64,000 bases of DNA from Paraspadella gotoi (lineage: Eukaryota > Animalia > Chaetognatha): the NCBI GenBank assembly GCA_051294375.1, contig CM119267.1:19605546-19669545 (forward strand). Reading direction: 5' to 3'. This document shows positions 13,505-25,972 of the stretch, in pieces (the stretch's first letter is position 1; each line of letters starts with the position of its first letter). The position numbers and the translations under genes were made by a program. Below the pieces are notes generated by a model. The model searched no databases, was not told the origin of the DNA, and worked only from the letters and a program-made list of their open reading frames with translations.

Positions 13505-14407
13505 CGAGTAGTTTAAAGGGTGGTTCGAAAAGTTTGAAGCTTCATTGGCGAGTTAAGGGTGCACTGCCCGATGAATGGACTGACCTACAAATATACAAAT
13601 ATACAGATATTATTAAAACAAACATTAATAAAGACTAATTGTTAGTATTTATACAAATGCAAATATTACAAATATTACAAATAATACAAACATACCAGAA
13701 TTCTTCAAAATGGCTCTCATTCAATTTCGCCAAATTCTATCGACGAAAATCTTTAAAACCTTTAAACCAACATTTTTGGATCTTTTTTGTGGATGGGGAC
13801 GGAGAGGGGAAGGGACGAAAATTTGAAAGCGATGAGGAAGGGCGGGGCAGTTTGAAGTGAGGGAATCCGCTGAAGGGAAAGATCGGCGAAGCGGTAAGGA
13901 GCTGAGGGGAAAAGGGCGCGTCCTGGTAAAGAGGTCAGGAGGCGGTTTCGAAAAAAGGTGAGGATAGATCAAGAGCCTATCGTTCTACGTTTAGACTGTG
14001 AAAGGCGGAATGGGTGAAGCAGTGGGCGTCGCCGGAATTGGGCGTAACTGGCGTCTATTCTGTCCAGAGGGGCGGAGGCCAACGCTAAGCGAAATATAAA
14101 ATGGCGTCGAGACTCGAGAGAAACCTTTCTTTTTTCTTCTTTTTTTTTCGTGACGTAAAAATATTGAAAATGATTTTTTTTCTTTCCCTTTTCCCGCCAT
14201 TATTTTTCTTTCTTTCGTCCGTCCTGCGTTTCTTTCCTCCCCCACGCCCCCTACCCGCGTTTTTCATTCACGCCCGGACGCCGACCGAGGTTCAACGGCC
14301 GGCGGGAGCCCGCGACGCCGGCGCCTATCGCGGTTAGTAGCGCCGGATTTAGATTCCGGCGCCAGAATCGATTTTCCCTTTTTTTTACGGTTTCCGGCCC
14401 CCCTTAC

Positions 14408-14498
14408 CTTTTGTCCCTCATACGCTCTCTCTTCCAGCATGGCGCCCACCTGGTCACCTCCGCACCTTTGAATCTTGGCGCCTTCAATTCCTCGGCAC
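14408..14498 (-). other. Isolated candidate exon of an unidentified minus-strand transcript
   Basis: On the minus strand: acceptor attttcattAG, GC-rich body, strong donor AAG/GTAAGG. It contains ATG CTG GAA GAG... (MLEERAYEGQK). No partner exons identified. Confidence 0.35.
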
Positions 14499-15162
14499 CT
14501 AATGAAAATAGTTTTTTTAGCCCCGAGATTTTATTTTCCATTTTTTGCGCAATACACGACGACGACGACGACGACGACGACGATGACAACGACAACAACG
14601 ACAACGACGTTTTTTCTAAATTTAATTAGCGACGCCCGACGGCAGAGATGACGATAATCGCTTTTAATCGTCAATCTATCATCGCCAATCGCATCACATA
14701 TCATATCGACGCCTTTTTTCTCAATCCATCGCCTTTCTTCACATTATTTTCACTGATCTCCAATCGGACTTAGACACTCTTCACTCTTCACTCTTCACTC
14801 TTCACTCTTCACCAAATTCACCCCCAGCCTGACCCTTTCCTTAACCCTTGATGTCTCAAACCCATCGCGCCTCTGACTCACACTTACCACGCCTCCCCTC
14901 GTCCCGCCTCGACAACGCCTTGAGCGCAAACACGAAAACCGAATTTGGAAGGGAATCGACCTCACCAATCAACTTAACTCACCCAATCATTCTACGTTGC
15001 CCCGACAAGCTTTAAGGGAACCAAGCACTTTGGAGGGACGATATTCCAATTCGACTCGATGGTTCACAAGAAATCCATCTGTCCATCGATCCGATCGAAA
15101 TGTCTGGTCTTATGAGACTGGCTGACTGTGCTGACTGTGCGCGATGAAGGCGAAGAGACAAA

Positions 15163-15225
<63 letters not shown>

Positions 15226-17472
15226 ATATGTTTCAGTCTTTATCGCTGACAAGATCATTAGCGATTCGCCGTCGTAACGTCCACGTCGCCTGTCCGCGCG
15301 TAGAGAGAGAGAGAGAGAAGGCGCATCGAGATAGGGCGGTTTTAAAGACGGCGGTAACGTGGCGCGATCACGTGACAATGTTAAATGACGCGGTCACGGT
15401 GCGTACACGCTTGCGCAAAATAGATGACTAAGATAATAACTAAATTAATAACTAAGATTATAACTAAGCAACGAGGATGCCATTTCTCGCGCCTTCATGC
15501 ATAGAACTCGGTGGATGATTTGCGTTATATGAGCAGCGAGCGCGTAGCGCCATCATAGGAACGCGCGTAGCGGCGTAGCGCGGCTCCGGACCGGAAACGA
15601 CGTCGGACGCTGGAAATCATCGAGGCGAAAGTGATATGAAGGCGTAAAGGCGAGAGAGTGACTCGCTCGCTTCGTTTTTTTAACCTCAGCTGAAAAAAAA
15701 AAAAAACTTCGATGCCTGCGAGTTTCTTCGCCGCGGTCAAGCGCTCGGCCATTTTCTTGAAGAAATTTTTTTTTTTTTCTAAATAAAAACGACAAAAAAA
15801 AATATCACAGGACACGCATTTAAAGTAGCGGTAGCCTTCACTGCTAATTTCTCATAGAAAATTAGTAACATGAAGTTGATGAGAAGACTTAATTTGCGGG
15901 GCGGGTTCTATGTTCATATTTTTTCTCAAGCTCTCCAGGTCATCTTCCCAATGTTCCTCGTAGTAAATGACTAAAATGTTCATAAGGAATTTCGCTTTTA
16001 AAGTTTTGATTATTTGATTTTTTTTTTTCAATTCTTAAAATTTTAACCTTGTACACTGGAGAATCGTCATAAAATACAGTCGGGTATTATATCATTACGC
16101 GGTAGGTTAAAAAAAAAAATAATTTTGTTTCTTAAAGTATGTACTTAATTTGTTGTAAAAATTATAGCGAAACGATTATCTTGTCAATTCCATGTATACC
16201 TTTTGCAGCGAATGAGAGTGGTTTGGATCGAGCCAGTCCTGATGGCTTAAGGAAATGAAACACAGTCCGTTGCTGGGCTTAAATTAGCAATGCCCGATTC
16301 GAGCAGCTCTCATGCAAATTTACGAAAAACGACCGAAATTCTAAAAAATTTTAAAAAAGAATAAAAACGGGAGCCGATTCTTCCCGTCGTGACTAATGGA
16401 AATGAAAATATAATTTTTCCGCCTCGAAAAAAATCTGTTTTCCCCCCCTTTCACTCAGTCTCTGTCGCTCCGGTTGTTTTTATTAGAGTTTTTATTTTTT
16501 ATATTTTCGTTATTTAAACTTTAAATGGAAATCTTTTCGGATCTAAGAAGATTCCTCCCTCTTTTTTTCCGCATTCATAGAGGAAAGAAAAAGAAGATTT
16601 GAAACGAAATTGTATTCCGCTGAATTTTTTTTTTTACAAATGCGGCAAAGCAGTGTTATATAAATTATTGAAAGGAAATTCGCCCATATATAATATATAA
16701 TATATATAATATATAACATCTCGCCGACCGTCACGACGGCACACGAAGCTACCGAAATATTTATATTTAATATTGACCTTGTTTTCCTTGTTTTTCCCAC
16801 GTCAATTCCTACTGTTAAGTTAAATTTATTTATTTAAAATCGTGAATGGAAATAATCTGAATAGGTTCGGAATCGAACCCTGGACCTCCCATTCAGGCGT
16901 CGGAAGGGTTAAAAAGTCAGAGGTCAATCGAAAGCCATAATCGGTGTTGTCGTTTTCGCCGTCGTCGTCGTTGTGGTCGTCGTCGTCGTCGTCGTTTTCT
17001 CGATCGTTGTATTATTTGAAACACGCGCCTTGAGTTTTCGACTAATGAATCGACGACGACGACGACGACGATGACAACGACGATGACGACGACGACAACG
17101 ACGACGACGACGACGACATCACTGGCGACAATAAAACCGACGATGAAAACTGAAAAGGATGACGATGTGTCAAGATTAAAATCTTGTTCGGCCGACGGAG
17201 CCTTTTCCGCCGCCGCCGCCGCCGCCGCCGCAGCCGCTGCCGCCACCACCGCCGCCCCGACCGTCACAGCCGTCACCGCTTCAAACGCCCCCGCCGCCGA
17301 CTTGAAAGAAACTCAATTCGCCAGGAAATTAATGGTCAATAAAAAGTCGCCGCCGCCGCCGCCCGCCGCCGCCCGCCGCAGTCACCGCCGCCGCGGCGCC
17401 GCAAGCCGGTCGTCATAACGATAAAGAGTTTTGATTCTCGGGTTGATTTTTTTTTCCTTTCAGTTTCGAATG

Positions 17473-17503
<31 letters not shown>

Positions 17504-18264
17504 TTTTGAATTTTATTACGACGAATCTTCCTTTGAACCTTTTGTCTTTTCTGATTAAGAATCTTTTATTTTCTTTGTCAGCCTCTTCTACTTTAATCAC
17601 GAAACCTCGGAACATCCATTCTTCCTTCGATTTCTCACCACCCCCCCCCCCGCATCGTTCTCATCTCTCTCTCAGAGTCTCGACCGCATGAATCCTCTTC
17701 TCAGTACCCCGTTACAGCGTTGACAACGGCCCAGTCAGCCTCTTGCACTTACTAAAAAGCAAACCCACCGTTTTTTTTCCCGCCTCATATAATACGACGC
17801 TCAGACCCATCTCACTTCCCTACCCTCTCACTCAGCCTTGCAACTCCCCCCCAACCCTTTCCTCTCCCCCCCCCCCAACCAGAATCCCTCGATACGACGA
17901 TCATTTTCGCTCGGCTACGATTTGGCGCTCAAACGAGGCCGATTTGTCAGACGCCCGCGACCCATTGTCGTTCCATTCGTCATATTTTTCGAGACCGATT
18001 GTCGTTTCATTTTTTGTCAGGTCTCGTTTGTCGTTTCCTTTTTTGTTGTTGTTGTTGTTGTTGTTGTGCCCGCGCGTAGGCTTTGAATTCGCGAGGTCGA
18101 TTTTTTTTTCTTGGCTTATTAATTCATGTATTTCTATTTGTGAAATTAATTTATCGTTTAAACAGGTTTCCTATTTTAATTTGATTGTTTTCTTATTTCT
18201 ACCCAGGCTTTCCCTTTCTTTTCTCTCTTTCTGTCGGTATGTCTGTCCGTCGGTCTGTCCGTCC

Positions 18265-18299
<35 letters not shown>

Positions 18300-18813
18300 C
18301 GTTGGTCTGTCCCTTGTTTCTTACTTTCTCTCCCCTAGAAAAAACAAATTCCTTTTTTTATCTTTTTTCTCCGTCTGCCCTGGATACAAAGAAATAAAAT
18401 TTCCCCCCCCCCAAAAAAAAAATAACTTTTTTTTATCGCCCTGTACATTTTTTTTTAATGATTTTTCTTTTTTCTTTTTTACATCAAACCGATTTTTTTC
18501 TCCTTTTCAGATTCCGTCTGATTTCTTCCGCGATTCGTCGACCTTTACTCTTTACGTCCCGTCCTCCTTTCCTTTTCAATTTCCCTTCCCTTTCCTCTCT
18601 CCCTCCCCTTTCTCTTCTCCCTACCTTAATTCCTTTCTTTTAATTTCTTCAATCCTTAACTTTTTCCCTCGTTTTTTCTTTCCTTTTTTCCTCTTTCTCT
18701 CATTCCTTCTTCCCTCTTTCTCTCCCTTCCACTACTACAACCTCTCCTCCCCTCAAACTCTCCTCCTTCTCCTCCTCCTCCTCTTCCTCCTCTTCCTCCG
18801 GCCTTGAGAGAAA

Positions 18814-19524
18814 ATGGGCATCAGCCTCCAAGCAATCTTGTCCGCCGGAGGTCAAGGAGTCTCCATCTTCTGCCTCTTGATCTGCATCGTGCTTTGCCTC
18901 TCTGTGGGCGAGTTGCGGCACACCCTGCTGTCGTCATGTCTCGCCTGCGTTTACCTCTCGTTGGCGTTGTCGCAGTTGGCGCTCGTCGTCGCCACCCCAT
19001 CTTTCAGGTCAGGATGGGAGAAAAAGTAGACGGGTTGTGGTTTAATGTTATCGTGGTTATGAAATTGCTAATACAAGTATTCTAAAAATTATCCATTCAT
19101 TTAATGAAGGCCTTCATCCTTAAAACATTATAATTTTACAAGACCCTTCAAGACTCCCTTCTCGCGGTCAAGTCTAGGCTTGGCACAGAGCACTTACCTT
19201 CCTTATCAATAAAGTGGTAGTTGTGAAGTTTAAATTGTATTAAAGTAATTATATTCGTTTCCATGACCGAGTTTCGAATTCGGCAAGTGAAAAGGCGTGA
19301 GTTTAAAAAACTCGGATGTAACAATAAGCAGAAGTTGCTAAAGTTCTCTTGCGCTGCGGTCGTGGTACACATTAATTTGCTGGGAACCGCTTTTGAGCGC
19401 AAAAACTGTCCCGTAGTCGAGCTCGATTTATCCACTTCACCCTGTCCCACTTTTCACGAGTCACAATCAGAACCGTTTAAACAGACTGAATCGGAAAGGA
19501 AGAAAGGAATGAAAGGAGAAAGAA

Positions 19525-19594
<70 letters not shown>

Positions 19595-19887
19595 AGAAGA
19601 GAAAAGAAGAAAAGAAGAATTAAAAGCAAAGAATAAAACTTGGATCTCAATTGAGAAAATAGGAAGAAGAGAAAAAGTAAACACTAGATTGTGAAGGGCG
19701 AAGAAAGAGAAGGGAAGGGGAGAGAGGGGGGAGAGAGGGGGAGAAAGGGGGGAGAGACATGGGTGGTTAAGAAGGAGGAATTAGTTCAGGGTAAAACGGT
19801 TGATTCCGGAACTGAGAATAACATGAAAGGAAATTCAAGAAACGAAACGAGAAAGTCATTACCAAACTATCATTAAATTCCCTCTCT

Positions 19888-19929
<42 letters not shown>

Positions 19930-19940
19930 CTTCTCTCTCT

Positions 19941-19988
<48 letters not shown>

Positions 19989-20642
19989 CTTTTTCTCAGT
20001 CACGAGGAACTGACCTGCGTGCTGCTGCTTTCCGGACTCACTACACGGCGATGACGACGCTGACTTGGCTACGCAAACTTCTGTTCTTCTTTTTCCTACT
20101 TTTGTGTACAGGTAACTAAAAAACTATAGCTGCTAACTAATGTTTTTGCTAAAAATACTTTTTTTTCTTTTCAGCAAAACTCAATCCCCATTGTACTGCC
20201 AAGAGATTTTCCACCGAGAGCCTGACTCGTCCCCAGAGGTTAGTGAAAGATGCTGTTACTAGTTATCACGTGAGCAAATTAAAAAAAAATTCAATTCGGC
20301 GACAGTAAATTACTAAATAACTTTCAAAGACAAGAAACCCGCCGAACGAATCCACCTAGATGTCGCAATGAGTCTTTTATCTCTCAAGAGTTATTTAGTA
20401 GTTTGAATTTTGTAGTCAATTTTAAAGGAATTTGAAGAAATTTATAAAAAAAAAAGAGTTTTTCATTTGAAATAGAAAAGCCATTATATATTATATAACC
20501 TACTTAGACGAGACCAAGGTTGAACCGTATCCCAGTTTCTTCTTTTTTTCTCTTAGTAACATTAATAGTATATTACTTTTTTCGGCGATAGAATGTCGAC
20601 GGCCCCGCGCCATTTCAGGTTATGGGAAAAATTCCTCTTTAT

Positions 20643-20738
<96 letters not shown>

Positions 20739-21140
20739 CCAAGGTTCACCGCCGGAATTGCATCCGGTTCACCCTCGTGTCCATTCTCAGTTGGCTCCTT
20801 CCTTTTCCGCTGACGGCGATGTTCATCCTCGAAAGGCAGAACTCGACGCCGCCGCCGACAATCATGGAACAACAGGTGCCGACAGGTGCCGGCAGGTGCC
20901 GGACACGAAGACCGTCTTGTCTATGAAACGTCATTAAGAAGGCCAGGCCGGACTCTGAACCGGCGTCAAAAGGGAAATGGCCGCTCGGCCCTTTTTTCAA
21001 TTTCCGTTTTCATGGCGCCACTTGGCAGAAGATTGTTCCTCCGATAGAATCGAGGATATAAACGCGCGAAACTTTTGGCGCCGATATAGATATATAGAGC
21101 GGTTCTATTGGAGGAGGGATGGAGAGAGAGAGAGAGAGAG

Positions 21141-21215
<75 letters not shown>

Positions 21216-21315
21216 AGAGAGAAGGAAATATGGACATGAAGGGATAGAAAGGCCATTACCAGGCTCCTTTCCTGCTCTCGAAACAAAACGATAAAAGCAA
21301 TAGACTCCTGGCGCT

Positions 21316-21376
<61 letters not shown>

Positions 21377-24300
21377 CTGCCCATTTTGTCTCTCTCTCCC
21401 CCCCCCCACTAAAGGGTTCGCGACGTTTGGGACTGAACTTGTGTTGGCCGGGAAACCACGAGTCTTTCCTCAGTTACTTCGCTGTTCCGTCAGCATCGCT
21501 CATCGTTTTGTCGCTGCTTCTCTTCACCATCATATCCACTCATATCACCAAAAGTGAGAACAATTGCGTGCGAACGAGATAGAATCATATTTTATATATT
21601 TATCCATGATGCAAATAAATTTTAACAAAAAGGAGATCGACCTTTTGTTTTGTTTTGTTTTGTTTTGTTTTGTACGTAGATGGGAGTTTCTAGAAACGGA
21701 GCCCCTAATTAAGAACAACCGTCGGTAATTAAAAATTATTCGAAGAATAATTCAAACGATGAAATATATAAATAAAATAAATAAGTATTATAAAATATGG
21801 ATGTATGAAAAAGTAAAAAACGTTCCTGTTTCCAACATCCAAAAAGACGTCTTTTTCTTGTTCAGTCGACGCATAAACAAAAAAAAACAATTACAATTAA
21901 AGTGGAAAATCAAAAACTTTTTTTTCTGACTTTTGCCCAGAAATTCCCCCCACCCTTTTTTTTTTGTCTCCACGTCATAAAATTTAAATTTCGCGAGTCT
22001 CAATTTAATTTCGAGTCTAATACAAACGCGAGAGAGTGAGTGTCGCCTTGCGGCGTTTGCCTCAAAACAAACTTCTCGACTTAAATTAAATTTACATTTT
22101 TTTTTCTGCGGGTGCCAACGCCTGAGGTGAAAAGCGGAAACGGGGGAATGGGGAAGTCAGGGGGAGGAGGGGGCGTTGAGGAAGCACTGCGCGGAGTCGT
22201 CGTTGTTCGAGACTTGATAAACGGCAGCAGGGTCGCAAAAAATTCTGGCTCTCCCCCCCCACGCCCCTGCCAGAATAGGGGCACGTCTGAATCGGCTGAG
22301 TCGCTCGTTAAAAATTCGAGTGAGAATTAAAATCGCGAGCGAAATTAATCAAAAAATTCGAATGCGAAATTAAAACGGCGCCGCAAACAATGCCGCGTTT
22401 TTTTTCTTTTTTTGCAAAGAAATAAGGAGGTGAAAAAGGCAAAACAAAAAGGAGAAATCGTTTAAGGTCTAGTTAATCAAATATCGTAAAATTAAACAAT
22501 AATTAGATGTAATTTAACGAACGTCGCAGTCAAAGAGGAGAAAAAGGACTGAATTTATAAATTAACTTATGAATAATAATTAGCATTACAAATTACTATC
22601 GTTAATGACATTTGAGTTTAAAGTGTAGTTGCAAAGTATTTAGTTGTAAAAAAGTAAAAAAGTAAATTAGTTAACTAAAGTTAAGATCACATTGTTAAAT
22701 AATTTTCTTTCACTTCTTCATTTTCCAGGCGATCGACGCCACGTGCCGATGATGCGCGTCAAATCGTGGGCCAACCGTCTCGTACGCTGCGTCATCGTTC
22801 TCACCGTGACGTGGACCGTCTGCTTCGTCGCAGTCATGACGGACCTCGACGTCCTCTGGGCCGTTTTCGTCGGACTCAACTCCTCCACAGGTTGGTCGCT
22901 GTCTGCTCCAAGGGAGGGGACACTCGAGGCTCATTTATTTTTTACATCGACATCTGTAGTCAGAGTTGATCGACATTTAAATACATTTGCAGAAAATATT
23001 TTCAAGCCGATTCTTATTAAAAAACAAGTTTGAGCAAACAATATTGGATCTGCCTACGATAATTAAGCGATAATCAGCTAATCAAATGATAAATGACGAT
23101 AATTCTTTCAATTTGTGATCCTACTGATCATAACAGATAATACAGGTTAACTATTATTATTTTTTCAACTTTTATCATTTTTTTAACTTGCACCATTTTT
23201 TTAACTCGTACCATTTTTCCAACTAGCATTTTTTTTTCACTTGCATCATTTTTTCAACTTTCATTATTTTTTCAATTTGTACATTTTTCCAACTGGCATC
23301 ATTTTTTCAACTTGCACCATTTTTTAAACTCACACAATTTTTTCAACTTGCACCATTTTTCCAACTTGCACCATTTTTTTCAACTTGCATCATTTTTAAA
23401 TTTAATTAATTATTTAATTAATTAATTTAATTAATCAATTAACTAATAAAACATGTATGAGTAAGCATAAATAATAAAATTTCAAGTCAACAATTACGGG
23501 TTAAAATTATATTTTTTTCCATTTAATCTAATTTCCACTCACACAATTCCATCGAAACTTTATATTCAGGTTCGACACGCACTTTCCTACCCGCACACAA
23601 AATTTCATCACAATCTATCCATCCAATTATTATTAATTTGAGAAATTATGGGTTAAAATTAGTAAAAATATCCAAGAAAATGTGACTTATATTTTTTTTC
23701 TATTTTAACTAATTTCCTCTCGCACGATTTCATCGAAACTTTATATCCAGGTTCGTCATACACTTTCCCACCCACACACAAAATTTCATCACAATCTATC
23801 CATCCAATTATTATTAATTTGTGTAATTATGGGTTAAAATTATTTTAAAAAATCAAGTAAATGTGACTTATGTTTTTTTTTCAATTTAAACTCATTTCCA
23901 CTCGCACGATTCCATCGAAATTTAATATCCAGCTCAATCACACAATTTCCTACACACACACAAAATTTCAATCCAATCAAACTATCCAATCGCGAGTAAT
24001 TGGAGTTTTTTGCTAAGGGGGGACGGTCAGACAGACAGACCGACAGACCGACAGACAGACAAACGGACGGACGGACATCTTTTTTTGGCATAATCTATCA
24101 TAATTTGATGTTTTGACATGATTTAAGTTAATGCCCGACAAGATAGAGAGGGTGGACCGACGGACCGACAAAGTAAATTATATTTTATGAGCAGATTCCG
24201 ACTAAAAACGAAAAAACATCACTTCAATAAAATTCCTTCCAGATAATTTTGGTCATCTGATGATTCTTCCCATTTTCCCCTCAGGCTTCCTTCTCCTTCT

Positions 24301-24556
24301 TGACGTTTTGTTCTCCGACGAAGTTCGTCGCTTCTTTTGCAATTCCTTCGACGACCGACGGATGACGCAGCATCCCCCGCATCCGCCGCACCCGCCGATC
24401 GTCAACAAGGACGCTATGGGGACGACGCAGCGTCTGACGATGGCGCCGCCGCCGCCGCCGCCTCAGCGCCGGATCGATCACGACGCCATCGTCAGTCTCG
24501 CCCACGATCCTGTCCCCGTGTCGTCGCTGACTTTTCACGAGAGAGTTTGGCTCTAG
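18814..24556 (+). CDS. Class B2 (adhesion/secretin-like) 7TM GPCR; exons ~18814-19007, 20000-20111, 20175-20238, 20744-20875, 21415-21553, 22729-22890, 24285-24556; true N-terminus uncertain
   Basis: Family-B motifs in order: TM1 GVSIFCLLICIV, TM2 LSLALSQL, TM3 C..L.GLHY......W, TM4 ILSWLLP, ECL2 CW, TM5 FAVP, TM6 LTVTW, TM7 FVGLNSSTGF..., helix 8 DEVRR. Intron phases agree except exon 20000-20111, which needs two 1-bp insertions. Confidence 0.8.
23155..23395. repeat. ~20-bp minisatellite (TTTTTTCAACTTGCACCA-like) in GPCR intron
   Basis: About a dozen imperfect units visible. Confidence 0.85.
23494..24080. repeat. ~150-180-bp tandem repeat x3 followed by (CAGA/CGGA)n tract; Helentron/DINE-like non-autonomous element
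   Basis: ttat(c)gggttaaaatta...cgaaactttatat..cag...cacacaaaatttca..caatc recurs at ~23494, 23646 and 23826, followed by gacagacagac repeats. The family assignment is inferred from this architecture. Confidence 0.6.
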
Positions 24557-25972
24557 CGTCGTTGAGAAATTGAAAAGTAACCTCGTTTCGCGAATTCAAG
24601 TCTCGGATTTCGGCGAGAGTCAAATACATAATTTACGTTGAATTAATTTTGGAGATCGAACGTAAGAATTAAAAACTATGCAGCTAAGGAAAAACAAGTA
24701 CTGCTGCAATATGCAAATTAGATTTTTTTTAAACTGTTTTTTTTTACATACGCCGAATATAAGAAAGTCTAAGTTAAAGTTCTAACTTATATGCTTTCGC
24801 CGCCGAGACTTTGACGTGTACCTTTTTTTAATTTATAATCAAAGAGGAAGGAATTAAACGATGGCTTCGGTTTCATGTCCGCGGATTGATCTAAAATTTT
24901 AACGGTTGTTTATATCACTGATTTTTTAAAGAAAATAATCATATCAAATAAATACCTTTCTCTAAACTTCTCCCGTGTCTTATACCCCCAAAATTCATAT
25001 CGCTTTCGCGGACTATACCGTAACGTCATCAAAATTCGACTGGGCCTTAGTTTATATAAAGTATGGATTTGATAGCGGAATTCCTGACGTTACTGTGTTT
25101 GTTATTAAAATGTTGTACAGATAATGTTTTGAAATAAAAGTCATCATAACTACAAAATAATCCCTATCAAATTTATTCAAGAAGAAAAAATACAAGAAAC
25201 CAATCATAATAGCCTCACGCTACTTGTCAAGAATGAGGAAATTAAATCGGATTAATAATATTTTGCAGTGAAGAGGGAAGAGACTATAATTTACTGCATT
25301 TTTTAATGTTCTAAATCTTAAAAAAAAAAACAAAAAACTAAAAATGAATACTACAGTAATACTTGAGTAACGCAAAAAGCTCCGCTTGTCTTTTGTTTTC
25401 TTTATTGAACTTGTCCAAACTCGACTGAGTTGCGTAACGGCGACCCGCGGTGCCCCACCCCAACTGAAAAAATAGATAAGCGTTAAAAAACAAACGAATA
25501 CTACATTCAAGTAACAAAATTAGTAGTATCGTTTAATAATCTACATAAGCTAGCACTTCGCTTAATAATTACTCTCGACAACTTCATAAAGATCGCAATT
25601 TTAAAACTAATAATATAAAAATAAAATAAATGAATGTTCGTGATGTAAGAAAAACAAAAGGCGGCGGAAGTGAGAGGGCGCGAATGACTCACCCACGGAC
25701 CAACACGTACGTTCTGCCTGCATTCCCGACTCGACTCACCTTCTTCCGCGTTTCTTGGCTTACGCCGCCGCGACTTGGTCAGGATGTGACGCCCGCGTCG
25801 CGCTACAATCGCCTATGAATTCGGCTTAAACGCAAGAAAATTATAAAAAAAAATTTCAAATATTATTTTGATTGGAAATAAAGAAGAGGACACGAGGAAA
25901 GGCAGACGAGAGTCGAGGGACATTTGACGCGAAAAGTAACCCGCAATTTGGTCGACGATTCAAACCAAGGAC

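Noticed and set aside
16864-16908. tRNA B-box (GGTTCGATTCC) on the minus strand
   Set aside because: No A-box or acceptor stem; at most a SINE or tRNA fragment.
9664-21409. Many ORFs rich in ER/RE or SL/LS, and the 354-aa ORF 17743..18807
   Set aside because: These are translations of (AG)n/(CT)n microsatellites and pyrimidine-rich intronic DNA.
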